A stretch of DNA of 61,861 nt from contig NC_068991.1 in the NCBI RefSeq assembly GCF_001194135.2, positions 5,139,550 to 5,201,410 on the forward strand, in the 5' to 3' direction. Shown piece after piece: positions 11,773 to 24,479 of the stretch (within the stretch, counting starts at the first letter, position 1; every line of letters starts with the position of its first letter). The notes below the pieces were generated by a model. The model was not told the origin of the DNA. It searched no databases and saw nothing but the letters and a program-made list of their open reading frames with translations. The DNA is from Octopus bimaculoides. Taxonomy: Eukaryota. Both the position numbers and the translations under genes were made by a program.

Positions 11773-12765
11773 AACGGATTTATCTTCACATCCTAAATGT
11801 TTTTCTTTACAAATTCTCCACATGTATGAAGGGTAAATACGAACCTTCAGACTGGGCCATATTGCGGCATTAATAATATAGCACACCAGAGGAACTGGAA
11901 AAAATTATGTTAAAACTTTTAGACAATTTTTATTTTCCCAATTAAGTGTAAGGGGAATTCTTAAAGCTCATTGTTGGCATAATAAATTAAGTAAAACTTC
12001 ATTTTCATCAAATGAGCTACATACAGTCCACTTCTTTTTCGAAGATATGTTATGGTTTCCACAACAACAACAACAAAAACGACAACAACAACAACAATAC
12101 TGAAAATTCTGTTTATGAGGTTGATGATAATTTATTGAATATTAAATAGGAAAAGAACATTCTTGCAGTAACACGCGCATAATATATGTACACACACACG
12201 TACATACATATATACGTATATACGTATATATGTATGTACGTGTGTGTATATATGTTTAAAATGATATATACATACATACAAACACTGAAATACTGACAAA
12301 TACAAACATATACATTGTTTTGATATTTAGGCAGATGCGTACATTTTCAACCATCTACTTTCATAATTATATACCTTCGAATACTTGTGCATTTGGGTAT
12401 ATATGCAGATAAATGTGTACCTACGTGCATTGGTGTGTGTATGCGTGATTGTGTGTGCGTATGTCTGTATATATGTGCGCATATTTGAGCGCATGTATGT
12501 GTATGAGTGACTGTTAATGTAAGCACACACAACTGTATGTGTGTGCATGTGTGCGTAAATTTCTTGTGAGTGTTACGGTATTTTTATACATGTAACACAT
12601 ATACAAGTGTAACTTTTATATGCGCATGCGTGTCTCTGTCTTCTATATTTGGTATATTTATTAGTTCAATCAATTATAAGTGCAGCACACAAGTTGAACG
12701 AGTTTAGATTTAGTTAAAATTTATGAGTGACAATTAATCTTACAACAACAGATCGATACACCATC

Positions 12766-13250
12766 CACACAAACTTACGTCCGCCCGCACATACACACGC
12801 ACATGCACACACACACACACACACACACAACACACACACATACGCACAACAGAAGCATGCACATACACAGACTCACCCACTCAAACGCAAACACAGTTGA
12901 ACACACTTCACATACACGCAAACACACAAACTTACGCACACACACACACACACACACAACACAAATACGCACACACGCTCGTTCTCATGCTCACACATGC
13001 AAACGCACACTTAAACACACCTCACATACACGCAAACTCATAAACTTATGTCCGCGCGTGCATACACACATACACACACAACACACAACACAGACACACA
13101 CACACAGCACATGCACACAACACACACATGCAACACACACGTACACAACACAAACATATATCCACACACATACAAACATATATCCACACACGTAAACGCA
13201 AACACAGTTAAGCGCACCTCACATACCGGCAAACACACAGACTTATCGTC
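12766..13250. repeat. Irregular minisatellite with a ~54-bp core separated by CA-rich spacers
   Basis: Core AAACGCAAACACAGTTRARCRCACYTCACATACACGCAAACACACAAACTTAYG at 12883-12936, 13001-13050 and 13194-13248, with a partial copy at 12766-12790. Confidence 0.75.
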
Positions 13251-13790
13251 TGGTCAAGAATACGTACGACATCACAACCCTGGGGTAACTCTCAGTGTTT
13301 CTCATGCAAAAAGACTTTACATTAAAGTCTAGCCTGCGTGGGTTCAATTCCCAGAATATTTTCTATCAATGATTCACATCATATTTTTTTCTATGTATTT
13401 TTATATAATTTTTTTGTTACCATTTTTGAAATTGTAAAGTAACTCTTAAAACATGATGTAAAATATGAAAGTATATCGATTACAACAACATTTTAGTAAT
13501 ATTATTATTAGTAGTAGTAGTAGTAGTAGTTGTTGTTGTTTTTGTTGTTCTTGGTGTTCATGTTGCTGTTAATAGTAAATCGCTCAAGGCCACACAGCTA
13601 TGCTACTCTGTAATGCGAATCTTCATAAATATGTTTCGATGTACAAAAAAAAACAAAAGAAAACACACACACACACACAAATCAACACGAAGTTGCGTTC
13701 ATTCATGCGTTCCCATTTGAAGCTTCATTGATCGCAAGTTCAAGTTTGTTACACGTGTGTCACCTTGAGTTAGTACGGGCGCATATGATG

Positions 13791-13829
<39 letters not shown>

Positions 13830-14167
13830 TTATCTGTCTGTCTGTCTATCTATCTATCTATATATGGATAAATACATTTATATATACATAATATACATAA
13901 TATAGAAACACACTTATATATGCACAGACTTACCTCTGTGTGTGTGTGTGCATGTATATATGTATATGTGCATATAGGTACACGCATTCACTTTCTCTCT
14001 TACACACAGGAACACGCGTACAGACACACACAGACATATATGCATATATACATATATGTATATATACACACACATATACATACATACATATATATAAATA
14101 TATATTCCAGATGGTGCTATTGAGTTAGTCATCGCCTGGGCCGATAATGACTGAAACCAATCTAACT

Positions 14168-14203
<36 letters not shown>

Positions 14204-14496
14204 NNNNNNNNNNNNNNNNNNNNNNNNNNNNNNNNNNNNNNNNNNNNNNNNNNNNNNNNNNNNNNNNNNNNNNNNNNNNNNNNNNNNNNNNNNNNNNNNN
14301 NNNNNNNNNNNNNNNNNNNNNNNNNNNAAAAAGAAACATATGGAAGGAAATGGAATTCTAAAAAGAGGAACTGTTTCAGTCAATAATATCGAAGCTGGGT
14401 GATATTTTAAAATTTAGGCAGCCAGCTGACATAGTCGTTACAACGCTGAAGAGATTCCGTTGCTTTATCTCGATCCGTTTCTTTTCTTTTTTTAAT

Positions 14497-14585
14497 AATA
14501 ATAATAATAATAATAATGAAATTCTTGTATACAGTGCTCAGGTGCACTACAACTTGTCAAAAGTGCGCATGAAGCATATGCAGCG
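14497..14585 (-). mobile_element. Probable LINE 3' terminus with an (ATT)n tail
   Basis: Non-simple sequence ends abruptly in a (TTA)n tail on the minus strand; family identity from recall only. Confidence 0.35.
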
Positions 14586-14954
14586 CTCAGTGTTCAATCC
14601 TGATCCTGGTAGCTCTTCCTATCACGATTTTATCATGCCTTGCGGTTGCTTCCCTTCTCTCTTTCTCCCTCCCCCCTCTCTCTCTCTCTTTCTCTCTTTC
14701 TCCCTCTGCCCTCCCCCTCTCTCTCTCTCTGTATTTCTATGTGTCTACTTCTGTCTAACCTACTTCTGGAAGAAATCAACTGTGACGAGAGCTGTTGTAA
14801 AATGGGTTGTGCTTCGTCTAAGTTGTCCTAGCTATGCCTCACATCTCGATGGAACACTTACGAATCTATAAAGGATTGAAGGCGCCATGACATGGATTAT
14901 CTGTAATAAAAATGTAAGACAAGTGTAAGAGGAATATTGCTTCTTAAACACGAA

Positions 14955-15210
14955 CTGCCCCTAAGCATTTCGGCCGACGTGCTAACAAGTCTGCCAGCTC
15001 GCCGTCTTGGTTTCAAGTTTTGACTCATGGCCAGCAGATTTAGAGAAGTTTTAGGTCGATTACACTTGACCTTTAGTTTAAGCTGGTATTTGTTTTATCG
15101 AAATCGATATGAATGAAAGTGAAGGCCGACCTTGGCGGAATTTGAACTCACAACGCAATGACGGATGAAGAACCGCTATCCATTTTGCCCCCTGGGCTAA
15201 TGATTCGCAT
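14955..15210 (-). mobile_element. Two degenerate SINE family A pieces
   Basis: CTGCCAGCTCGCC head at about 14995 and CGACCTTGGCGGAATTTGAACTC core at about 15128. Confidence 0.75.
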
Positions 15211-15221
15211 TAATGACGGAT

Positions 15222-15440
15222 ATAATCTTCTCTACTCTGGGCACAAGGCCCGAAATTTTGGGGAAGGGGACTAGTTGATTAGATCTACCCCAGTGCGTAA
15301 CTGGTACTTAATTTATCAACCTCGAAAAGATGAAAGGAAAAGTCGACCTCGGCGGAATTTGAACTCCGAACGCAGCGACAGACGAATTACCGCTAGGCAT
15401 TTCGCTCGGCGTGCTAACGTTTCTGCCAGCTCGCTGCCTT
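15222..15440 (-). mobile_element. Near full-length SINE family A
   Basis: Reverse complement begins AAGGCAGCGAGCTGGCAGAAACGTTAGCACGCCG, has the B-box-like GAGTTCAAATTCC and the core GAGGTCGACTTTTCCTTTCATC, and ends AGAAGATTAT. Confidence 0.88.
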
Positions 15441-15919
15441 AGTGACAGATATAATATTAGGAGAATGAGTCTCGATATTATTAGAACATAATTAATATTA
15501 ATTGTGATAATAATAGTAATAACGACTTTAATGATAATGAACTACCTAAATCATTTCGAGAATGTCTCTTCAAATATCTAATTGTGTAAACATTAGAAAG
15601 TGATGTATAATGACTTAATTATCCGCTTGTAAAAATTTATTATAATTAGAAAGGAATAAATATGATACATAAAAAAAAATGTTATACAATAATTTAGAGA
15701 AACTCATCATTAAATATAAAACAAAATGTTAGGTTAAAATGAAGGGCAGTAAATTATACATGTATTTTTTATAAGGATATGATAAATGTCTAATATTCAA
15801 TAGACATATAAGGCTGCGAGATTGCAGAATAGTTACATCGCCTGGGATAATGCTGATCGGCATTTCGTCCAACATTCACATTCCCCCGAAATTGCTGAAA
15901 CCAATATTTAATAATCATT

Positions 15920-16140
15920 AAAGTGGTAAGATGGCAGAAGTATTAGCAGGCCTGACTAAATGCTTAGCGACATTTTGTCCGAATTTGCGTCCTGAATTTA
16001 AATATTTAAATACCACCGAGCTCGACCTTGCCTTTCATCCTGCTGAGGTCGATAAAATATGTATCATTTGAACTCTAGGGTAGATTTAATCGATTTAGAC
16101 CTTCCTCAAACCTGCTGGTCTTGCGCTAAAAATTTAAGAT
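15920..16140 (+). mobile_element. SINE family A, degenerate
   Basis: GATGGCAGAAGTATTAGCA...AAATGCTTAGCG...GACCTTGCCTTTCATCC. Confidence 0.75.
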
Positions 16141-16189
16141 CATTGTTATTATTTTGGTACGGAGTGGTTTGCTGATTATATCGACCAAT

Positions 16190-16400
16190 AAGGCGGTGGA
16201 CTGGCAGAATTGTTAGCACCCCGGGCGAAATGCTGAGCGGTATTTCATCTACCGCAACGTTCTGAATCGCCGGGGTCGACTTTGCCTTTCATCTTTCGGG
16301 GGACATGAATTAAGTAGCAGTGAGACTCTGGAGTCGATGTAATCGACTGGTCCCCTCCCCCAAAATTTCAGGCTTTGTGACTATCACAGAAAGGATTATA
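16190..16400 (+). mobile_element. Near full-length SINE family A
   Basis: AAGGCGGTGGACTGGCAGAATTGTTAGCAC...GGGGTCGACTTTGCCTTTCATC...AAAATTTC...AGAAAGGATTAT. Confidence 0.85.
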
Positions 16401-16519
16401 CCTCACCAATGTTCTACTGGCCGTTCATTTGACGACCGCGAAATTATAACGGTATATTTGACACCAGCGGTATTTGAACTTAGAACGTAGGCAGCCAGAA
16501 GTAGTCGACTGGCAGTCGA

Positions 16520-16640
16520 TTTTACTGACAAGAGAGGATTAAAAGTAAATTTTACCTCGGTGGGATTTGAACTCAAAACAGAAATTGCCGGAAGAAATAC
16601 CGCAAGGCATTTTCTAACGCTTCTGCCAATCAAACACTTT
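16520..16640 (-). mobile_element. SINE family A fragment
   Basis: ACCTCGGTGGGATTTGAACTC...GAAATACCGC...CTAACGCTTCTGCCA. Confidence 0.7.
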
Positions 16641-16716
16641 GAGATCTTACTGCATGTAACATCATATATATAGTTACATATCGTGTGTCCACAACTACTA
16701 CTACTAATAATACTAC

Positions 16717-16747
<31 letters not shown>

Positions 16748-16803
16748 AGTAGTAGTAGTAGTAGTAGCAGCAGCAGTACTTATACTACTACTGTTACTAC
16801 TGT

Positions 16804-17190
16804 GGAGGCGCAATAGCCCAGTGGTTAAGGCAACGGAGTCGCAGACGTAAGATCGCGGTTTCGATTCCCTGACAGGGCGTTGTGAGTGTGTTTTGAGCGA
16901 AAACACCTAAAGCTCCACGAGGCTCCGGCAGAGGGTGGTGGGATAACCCTGTTGTATTCTTTCACCACAACTTTCTCTCACTCTTTTCTTCCTGTTTCTG
17001 TTGTGCCTGTAATTCAAAGGGGCCAGCCTTGTCACACTCTGTGCCACACTGAATCTCCCCTTCCCGAGAACTACGCTAAGGGTACACGTGTGACTACGGA
17101 GTTCTCAGCAGCCACTTGAACGTTAATTTCACGGGCAGGCTTTTCCCGTTGATCGGATCAACTGGAAGCCTCGTCCTCGCAAACTACAGA
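16804..17190 (+). mobile_element. Full-length tRNA-derived SINE family C
   Basis: A-box-like TAGCCCAGTGG (16814-16824), B-box-like GGTTTCGATTCCC, and a 3' part (AAGGGCCAGCCTTGT...GTTGATCGGATCAACTGG) shared with 23492-23800. Confidence 0.85.
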
Positions 17191-17342
17191 GAAACAACGA
17201 CTGTTACTACGACTGCTTTTACCGATTCTAACAAACAATCATAAGTGGCTGGAGAACTTTAAGAAAGTAAAAATAGCTAAGAAGGAAATGGATAGCAAAA
17301 AAAAAAAAAATGAGATAATTAGGAATTATTTCTGTCGTGCAG

Positions 17343-17435
17343 GTTCTTAGTGATTCCGTTGCAGATATTTACGATTGTGGTGGTATTTGTGGTGTTTATA
17401 GTCGTGTTAACAGTGCGTTACCGCCAGCGTTTATA
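17343..17435 (+). CDS. Candidate 93-nt internal exon, possibly transmembrane-encoding; unverified
   Basis: Acceptor tttctgtcgtgcag|G and donor TA|GTAAGT; length divisible by 3; two frames open (FLVIPLQIFTIVVVFVVFIVVLTVRYRQRL or VLSDSVADIYDCGGICGVYSRVNSALPPAFI). Confidence 0.3.
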
Positions 17436-17641
17436 GTAAGTGTTATTGTACGACTATCATGGTAATTTATGTTCTCATTCTTTGCCCTCAAACAACCAGT
17501 TAATCTGTTTCACTGTTCTCAACATCTCTTGCTGTACAATCATCTATCTATCGCATCTATTGATATATTTCTTAATATAGACACTCGAGTCATTTATCTT
17601 TTATATCATGTATCAATCTGATTATCATGCGCGCGCGCGTA

Positions 17642-17692
<51 letters not shown>

Positions 17693-17953
17693 CTAAAAAT
17701 ATATGTTCATATTGACGCGCGCAAGCATACAGTTATATACACACATACTCAGAGACACATAGACACATACACATCAAAATATAAGTAATTCCTACGCCAT
17801 CCATTTCTTTTTTGTCTCCATATATATTTGTTATCTGTTTGTATATCTTTCAGCATCAATTTTATTTTTGCTTTGGTCATAAAAGTATCTTTCTTACTCT
17901 CACTTTCTCTTTTTCTCTCCGTTACTCAGAACTCTCGTATCACATCTAATCAC

Positions 17954-17990
<37 letters not shown>

Positions 17991-18394
17991 GTACATGTAT
18001 AAGTCTGTCTGTGTGCAAGTGTTTGTTTGTGTGTGTGTGGGTGTGTGTATTAAAAGTTACCTGTTCAGAACACTGAGTTTAGCTGTAATCAATAACAAAC
18101 AAAAAATACCGTTCGCGAAAACATCGAATATGTTTTGAATAATGATTTAATAGAATATGTTACTGTTATTTTAAAGAAAAATATATCGGTCTATGATAAT
18201 TCTAGAATTTAAATAATTTATAGTGAAGTGCGTGAGAAAAAAAAAAGGAATAAAAAAAATTGTTGCCCGTTTGGAAATGGTTGTTGAGTAGGAACATATT
18301 AAGAAAGAATCCTAATTTAAGTGGAATAATTTAAAGTATATTGTCCGTTTTTATCCCCAAGTATTCTTCAGAGACCGGCATTGATAATTGTTAC

Positions 18395-19140
18395 TGTTTC
18401 AGGTTTATGGTCAATAATTGTGAGGTGAAGGGCAAGTAGATTCTATCAAAACGTGGATTTGGATAGTATTTTATTTTAAAGACCTCGAAAGGAAGGAAGA
18501 ACGGCAAGGTTGACCTCGGCGGGATTTGAACTCGAAAAGTAGAGAGCCGAAAGAAATTCTGCGGGACATTTTGACCAATGCTCTGATACAGATTCCCTGA
18601 TAGAATATAATTATTTAGTTAGGATATCGGAAATGTTAAAACGGGTGGGTGGTTAGTCGATTAAACTGATCACATTTCTAGATTGATACTATATATTATC
18701 GATCTCAGATGATGAAAAACCAAAGTTGATCTCCATGGGATTCGAACACACAAATCAGAGAGCTGGGAGGAATAGACAAGGTATTTTTCTATCGCTGTAA
18801 CCATTTCGCCAACTCAACTCTCTGAGACGAACCAGTTTTACTAATTTTCGCAAAAAGCCTGTAATTTTAAGGAAATTGCTAATTTAATGGAACCCAGTGC
18901 AAAATAGGTAATTATTTGATCTCCCTCCGAAATGATGAAAGACTGGAGTTGGCCTGGACCGAATTTGAACCTAGAACGTGAAGAAAAGAAAGATATACAG
19001 TTCAGCATTTTGTCCGGCATGCTAACGATTCTGTCAACTCTCTGCCTTAAGTGGGTTAAATAATCTTTTCTACTCTAGGCAAAAGTCCTGACGTTTTGTA
19101 GTACGGAGGCTAGTCGATTATATCGACCCTAGTTACGTTT
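18395..19140 (-). mobile_element. Tandem run of four same-orientation SINE family A copies or fragments
   Basis: Core motifs GACCTCGGCGGGATTTGAACTC (~18512), GATCTCCATGGGATTCGAAC (~18729), GAATTTGAACCTAGAACG (~18961), plus a tail piece at 19061-19140. Confidence 0.75.
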
Positions 19141-20021
19141 TTATTGATATGATGGCTCTTAATTGGGATCTTTGTCGTTCACCTGTCACGCTGTTGAAAA
19201 GGGCCAAAACGTTTATATGTTATTGAAGTATAAAAGCAGGGTCGCATTTCTGTTTCATACTTACGATAGACGATGAAATGCTCAATAGAGAGGTAATTAA
19301 GTACAACAAATTAACACATATCTTTTGTAATATGGTTGTTCTGTTAAGTCACGGCCACCTTTCGCTATTTTTCTATCCAAAAGGGATTTTTAACCCAACT
19401 ATTTACAAGATATTAATCATAGTTTTGCATTTTTATTTCAAGACCAAATTCTAAACGAGCAAAAATGGATTATTCCATGTTTTCTGGAAAGTTTATAAAT
19501 TCTCATGTCAACACCATATATGTCTCTGTGTGTGCGTGTGTGTGTATACATATATATATACATACATATGTACGTACACACACACACATATATATACATA
19601 CGTATGTGGACGTACACACATACACATATATATACATATGTATGTATATAGATTTAGATGCATAGTTGAGTATGTGTGTTTGCTTGTATGCCTAGCACAC
19701 GGCGCATAGCTCGAAGGCATCTAATCACGCTGTTAAGTAGAGGTTAAATCTGGCATAAATATGGTGTTTAATAATGATGAAGAGGGAAAAAGCAAAGAGA
19801 AAAAAAGTAGGTAACTACGTAATTAACTAACAGTCTACATGTATGGTCGATAAAACCACTTATTGTAACACACGAATGCCTGAGCGTGTGTTTTATTGAG
19901 TCTGTGCATATTCATGTTTATTGCTCAATGTGTGCTCATACGCATCTGTACGTAGATATATAAGCTTATATCGGATGCATAATTGTACATATAAACACAT
20001 ATACACACACACACATGTATG

Positions 20022-20058
<37 letters not shown>

Positions 20059-20687
20059 ATATATATATATATATAATATTAATAAATATCAGGGTAGGAA
20101 AATTTTNNNNNNNNNNNNNNNNNNNNNNNNNNNNNNNNNNNNNNNNNNNNNNNNNNNNNNNNNNNNNNNNNNNNNNNNNNNNNNNNNNNNNNNNNNNNNN
20201 NNNNNNNNNNNNNNNNNNNNNNNNNNNNNNNNNNNNNNNNNNNNNNNNNNNNNNNNNNNNNNNNNNNNNNNNNNNNNNNNNNNNNNNNNNNNNNNNNNNN
20301 NNNNNNNNNNNNNNNNNNNNNNNNNNNNNNNNNNNNNNNNNNNNNNNNNNNNNNNNNNNNNNNNNNNNNNNNNNNNNNNNNNNNNNNNNNNNNNNNNNNN
20401 NNNNNNNNNNNNNNNNNNNNNNNNNNNNNNNNNNNNNNNNNNNNNNNNNNNNNNNNNNNNNNNNNNNNNNNNNNNNNNNNNNNNNNNNNNNNNNNNNNNN
20501 NNNNNNNNNNNNNNNNNNNNNNNNNNNNNNNNNNNNNNNNNNNNNNNNNNNNNNNNNNNNNNNNNNNNNNNNNNNNNNNNNNNNNNNNNNNNNNNNNNNN
20601 NNNNNNNNNNNNNNNNNNNNNNNNNNNNNNNNNNNNNNNNNNNNNNNNNNNNNNNNNNNNNNNNNNNNNNNNNNNNNNNNNNNNNNN

Positions 20688-20730
<43 letters not shown>

Positions 20731-21254
20731 CAAACATATATATTTATACATATATATATATATATGTTTATACATCTCTCAAGAACAAGTTATAACTGCG
20801 ACACACGTTATATATCAGCGTTCACGTGTATTGCTTCATGTTTAAGAATATTGCTGCGTAAATAATTACTTCCCGGTTCGATCCTACTATCTGTAACTTG
20901 ACTTTCTTTTTTCTAGCTAGGGATGTTGGCCGTACACAAACCCATTTTGGGGACCTGGTGTTCACTATTAATCTCTCAACTCTGTTCTTTAAATTCTCCG
21001 TCATGAGAGATCCTACCATGTTCTAGGGTTTTGCTGGCATAGGTGCTCTGGTTCAGTGCGGTATATAAGCCACAACAGCGCGACTAAGACTGAATCTTGC
21101 GCTAGAGGAACAGGGTCAGCATATCCACCAATAACAACATACATAAAACGAAAGTGGAACAAAACAACGAAGATGGTCCTTTGTAACTCGATCTGATAAA
21201 AAAATGTTAACCAATAGTCAAGTAACGCCTGTCGGTTACAGCGGGAAAGATGGG

Positions 21255-21578
21255 CAGGGACAGAGAGATAGAGAGAGACAGATGGGAGACAGAGAGGCAG
21301 ATAGCGACATAGAGACAGAGATACAGATAGAGACAGAGAGACAGACAGAGACAGATGGGAGACAGAGAGACAAAGACACTGAGACAGAGAAAGAGAGAGT
21401 CAGAGAGACAGAGAGAGAGAACGAAACGGACACAGAGAGACAAAGATAGACAACAGTGTGACATGGACAAAGACAGAGAGAGAGAGAGAGAGACAGAGAC
21501 AGAGAGAAAGATACACACACACTCACCCACAGACAAACGAGCAGACGGTCAGCCAGACAGGTAGACAGACAGACAGAC
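21255..21578. repeat. Degenerate (GA)n/(GACA)n purine-rich tract
   Basis: Direct reading. Confidence 0.9.
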
Positions 21579-21835
21579 AATTTGTAATGTGTGAATTTTC
21601 TCGACTGTTTAAATTCTGTTGTATATGCATCGCATAGAATTATGTCTGTATTTCTTAATATTGTTATATTTGACTGAGTGAGTTCTCTGTGAGCAGACTT
21701 TTGCTCAGCTGGAAGCTTATGGGAATGAATTATACTCTACTCGTATGCATTGTACATACTATACACTACGAAAGAGATACACATATGCATATGTGAAGAG
21801 ATGCACTCACGCATACACAAACGCAAAAATGCATA

Positions 21836-21866
<31 letters not shown>

Positions 21867-21942
21867 ATGTGTGTGTAAATATATATATACATTATATATG
21901 TGTGATTCTCTGTATGTATATAATATATATATGAATATATAC

Positions 21943-21991
<49 letters not shown>

Positions 21992-23456
21992 NNNNNNNNN
22001 NNNNNNNNNNNNNNNNNNNNNNNNNNNNNNNNNNNNNNNNNNNNNNNNNNNNNNNNNNNNNNNNNNNNNNNNNNNNNNNNNNNNNNNNNNNNNNNNNNNN
22101 NNNNNNNNNNNNNNNNNNNNNNNNNNNNNNNNNNNNNNNNNNNNNNNNNNNNNNNNNNNNNNNNNNNNNNNNNNNNNNNNNNNNNNNNNNNNNNNNNNNN
22201 NNNNNNNNNNNNNNNNNNNNNNNNNNNNNNNNNNNNNNNNNNNNNNNNNNNNNNNNNNNNNNNNNNNNNNNNNNNNNNNNNNNNNNNNNNNNNNNNNNNN
22301 NNNNNNNNNNNNNNNNNNNNNNNNNNNNNNNNNNNNNNNNNNNNNNNNNNNNNNNNNNNNNNNNNNNNNNNNNNNNNNNNNNNNNNNNNNNNNNNNNNNN
22401 NNNNNNNNNNNNNNNNNNNNNNNNNNNNNNNNNNNNNNNNNNNNNNNNNNNNNNNATATATATATATATATATATATATATACAAATGTACACAAATACA
22501 TGCGTACATATTATTATTTATACCTAATTCCCCAAACAAGATATTCTGCATACATTTAACAATCAACACACGTCATTTTCAAAGCAATACTATAAATTAC
22601 ATTGCACATGTTATTTTCACAATACTCTTCATTACTAGAAATATTTTCACAATGAGGAAGGCTCTGACTAAAACATCACAAAGCAGAACAACAATGGGAA
22701 CAGTACACAAATTGAATGTAACACAAACTTAGTCTTTATCGTAACTTTAAAGGACAATATGAACGCCACAAACAATACAAGTTCGCATGATGTGTCAAGG
22801 AAAACACTACAGAGATATATTGAAAACATATGATAATAACAATGACTTTAATAATTGTTATTTTGCTTATTATTGTTATTGTTAAGATGTAAGAATCTAT
22901 TATTGTTCTCAGTATTATTATAGCGAATTACAACAACAAATATTGGGGAAAATCAGGTCAATATTCTGTAATCTTGCGTAAAGTATACAAATAAATCTTA
23001 GGAATTTGTGTGGAGGAAAGACGGACTGACCATTGAAAGATTGGAAATAACGTCAATAAGAGATTCCTTTTGCGAAATGAAAATTTAGATAAATAAGAAG
23101 CCTGTTAAAGGGTAAATAGATACACTAGCGTAACATTAGGGAGCTGCAGAGACATATAAAAGAATTAGAGGAGGTATTTGAGCTGGTAATTTATAATACT
23201 ATCAGGTAGAATGAATGCAAGCATTATGGAGTTTCTATCCGCTTGCTCGACCTAGTGACTATCGCAATTAATATCCTTTAAATCTTAACGCTGTTGTTTT
23301 TTTTTTTTTGTTTTTTTAAAAGGAAGAACATGTTGAATACTTTAATTACTGTTACACAAAATACCGTGATGGTAAAAGTAGGAGGCCGTTCGACTGGAGA
23401 ACGAATCGATTAAAGCAGACTTGGAGTGAACAAGGCTGACATTATGTCGGTGGAAA

Positions 23457-23800
23457 CGACGAGGTTTCCAGTTGATCCGATCTACGGAACAGTGGTGCTC
23501 GGGAAATTAGCGTGCAAGGGTTTCCGGCTCCTGATCGCAAAGTCGTGAGTTCGATTTCCGACGGTGCATTATGTCCTTGAGTGAAAGACCTTATTTCTCA
23601 GTTAGCAAAAATGAGATGTGCCTGTAACTCAAAGGGCCAGCCTTGTAACATTCTGTGTCTCACTGTATCACCCTGACAACTACGTTAAGGCCACGTGTGT
23701 CTGTGGAGTGCTCAGCCACTTGCACGTTAATTTCACGAGCAGGATGTCCCGTTGATCGGATCAACTGGCAACCTCATCGTTGTAACTGACGGAATGACAG
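23457..23800 (+). mobile_element. SINE family C variant (23492-23800) preceded by an inverted tail fragment (23457-23491)
   Basis: B-box GTGAGTTCGATT; 3' part shared with 16804-17190; 34-nt inverted repeat with 30/34 identity. Confidence 0.8.
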
Positions 23801-24381
23801 TCGTGTTACCCGCCAGTGTACTTCAATCGACGAGGTCTGTGATCCAATAACCTTCTGCCTTGACCATCATGTTTTCTTTCTTTCTTTTTTTTTTCAAACA
23901 GTAACTAAATTATACGAAGCCTTTTTCCTTTTTCTTTTAAAGAGAACAGCGGATGATTTGAAGGACTTTAACCGCTATAGTCACAAGATCGAGCAAACGA
24001 ATGCAAACTCCATAATTTGCTTCTACCTAACATCACTTGTAATCAAACGTACACAGCAATAAAACGTCGAAGCTGAAAGGACATGCCATAGAGATTTCTA
24101 CGGTTAATAGTTCCAAATTGAACTTCTTATCATAAGAGAATGACTAAATAATTAAGTCATATAGTAACTGGCCGGAAACATTTTCCAGATTGCAATTTAC
24201 GACGTAGGATTTTCCTAATTGTTGAGGGATCGAATCAAAGGTAATATATCAGACATTTTTAAGTAATGAATTTCTTATTAATATGCTTTTCAGTAATAAC
24301 GTTCTCAACGAATGTTATTCATTGAGATAAAAGCTGATAATAAACATATAACTACCTATATTTATATCAATATACAGCAGT

Positions 24382-24383
<2 letters not shown>

Positions 24384-24435
<52 letters not shown>
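24384..24435. repeat. (GATA)n microsatellite
   Basis: Direct reading. Confidence 0.95.
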
Positions 24436-24479
24436 GACCATGAAAGATAATATTACCACTAGGGCAGAAATGATACCAA

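Noticed and set aside
16804-16875. tRNA-like A/B-box sequences here and at 42030-42097
   Set aside because: They do not fold into a full cloverleaf and continue into shared SINE bodies, so they are SINE heads and not tRNA genes.
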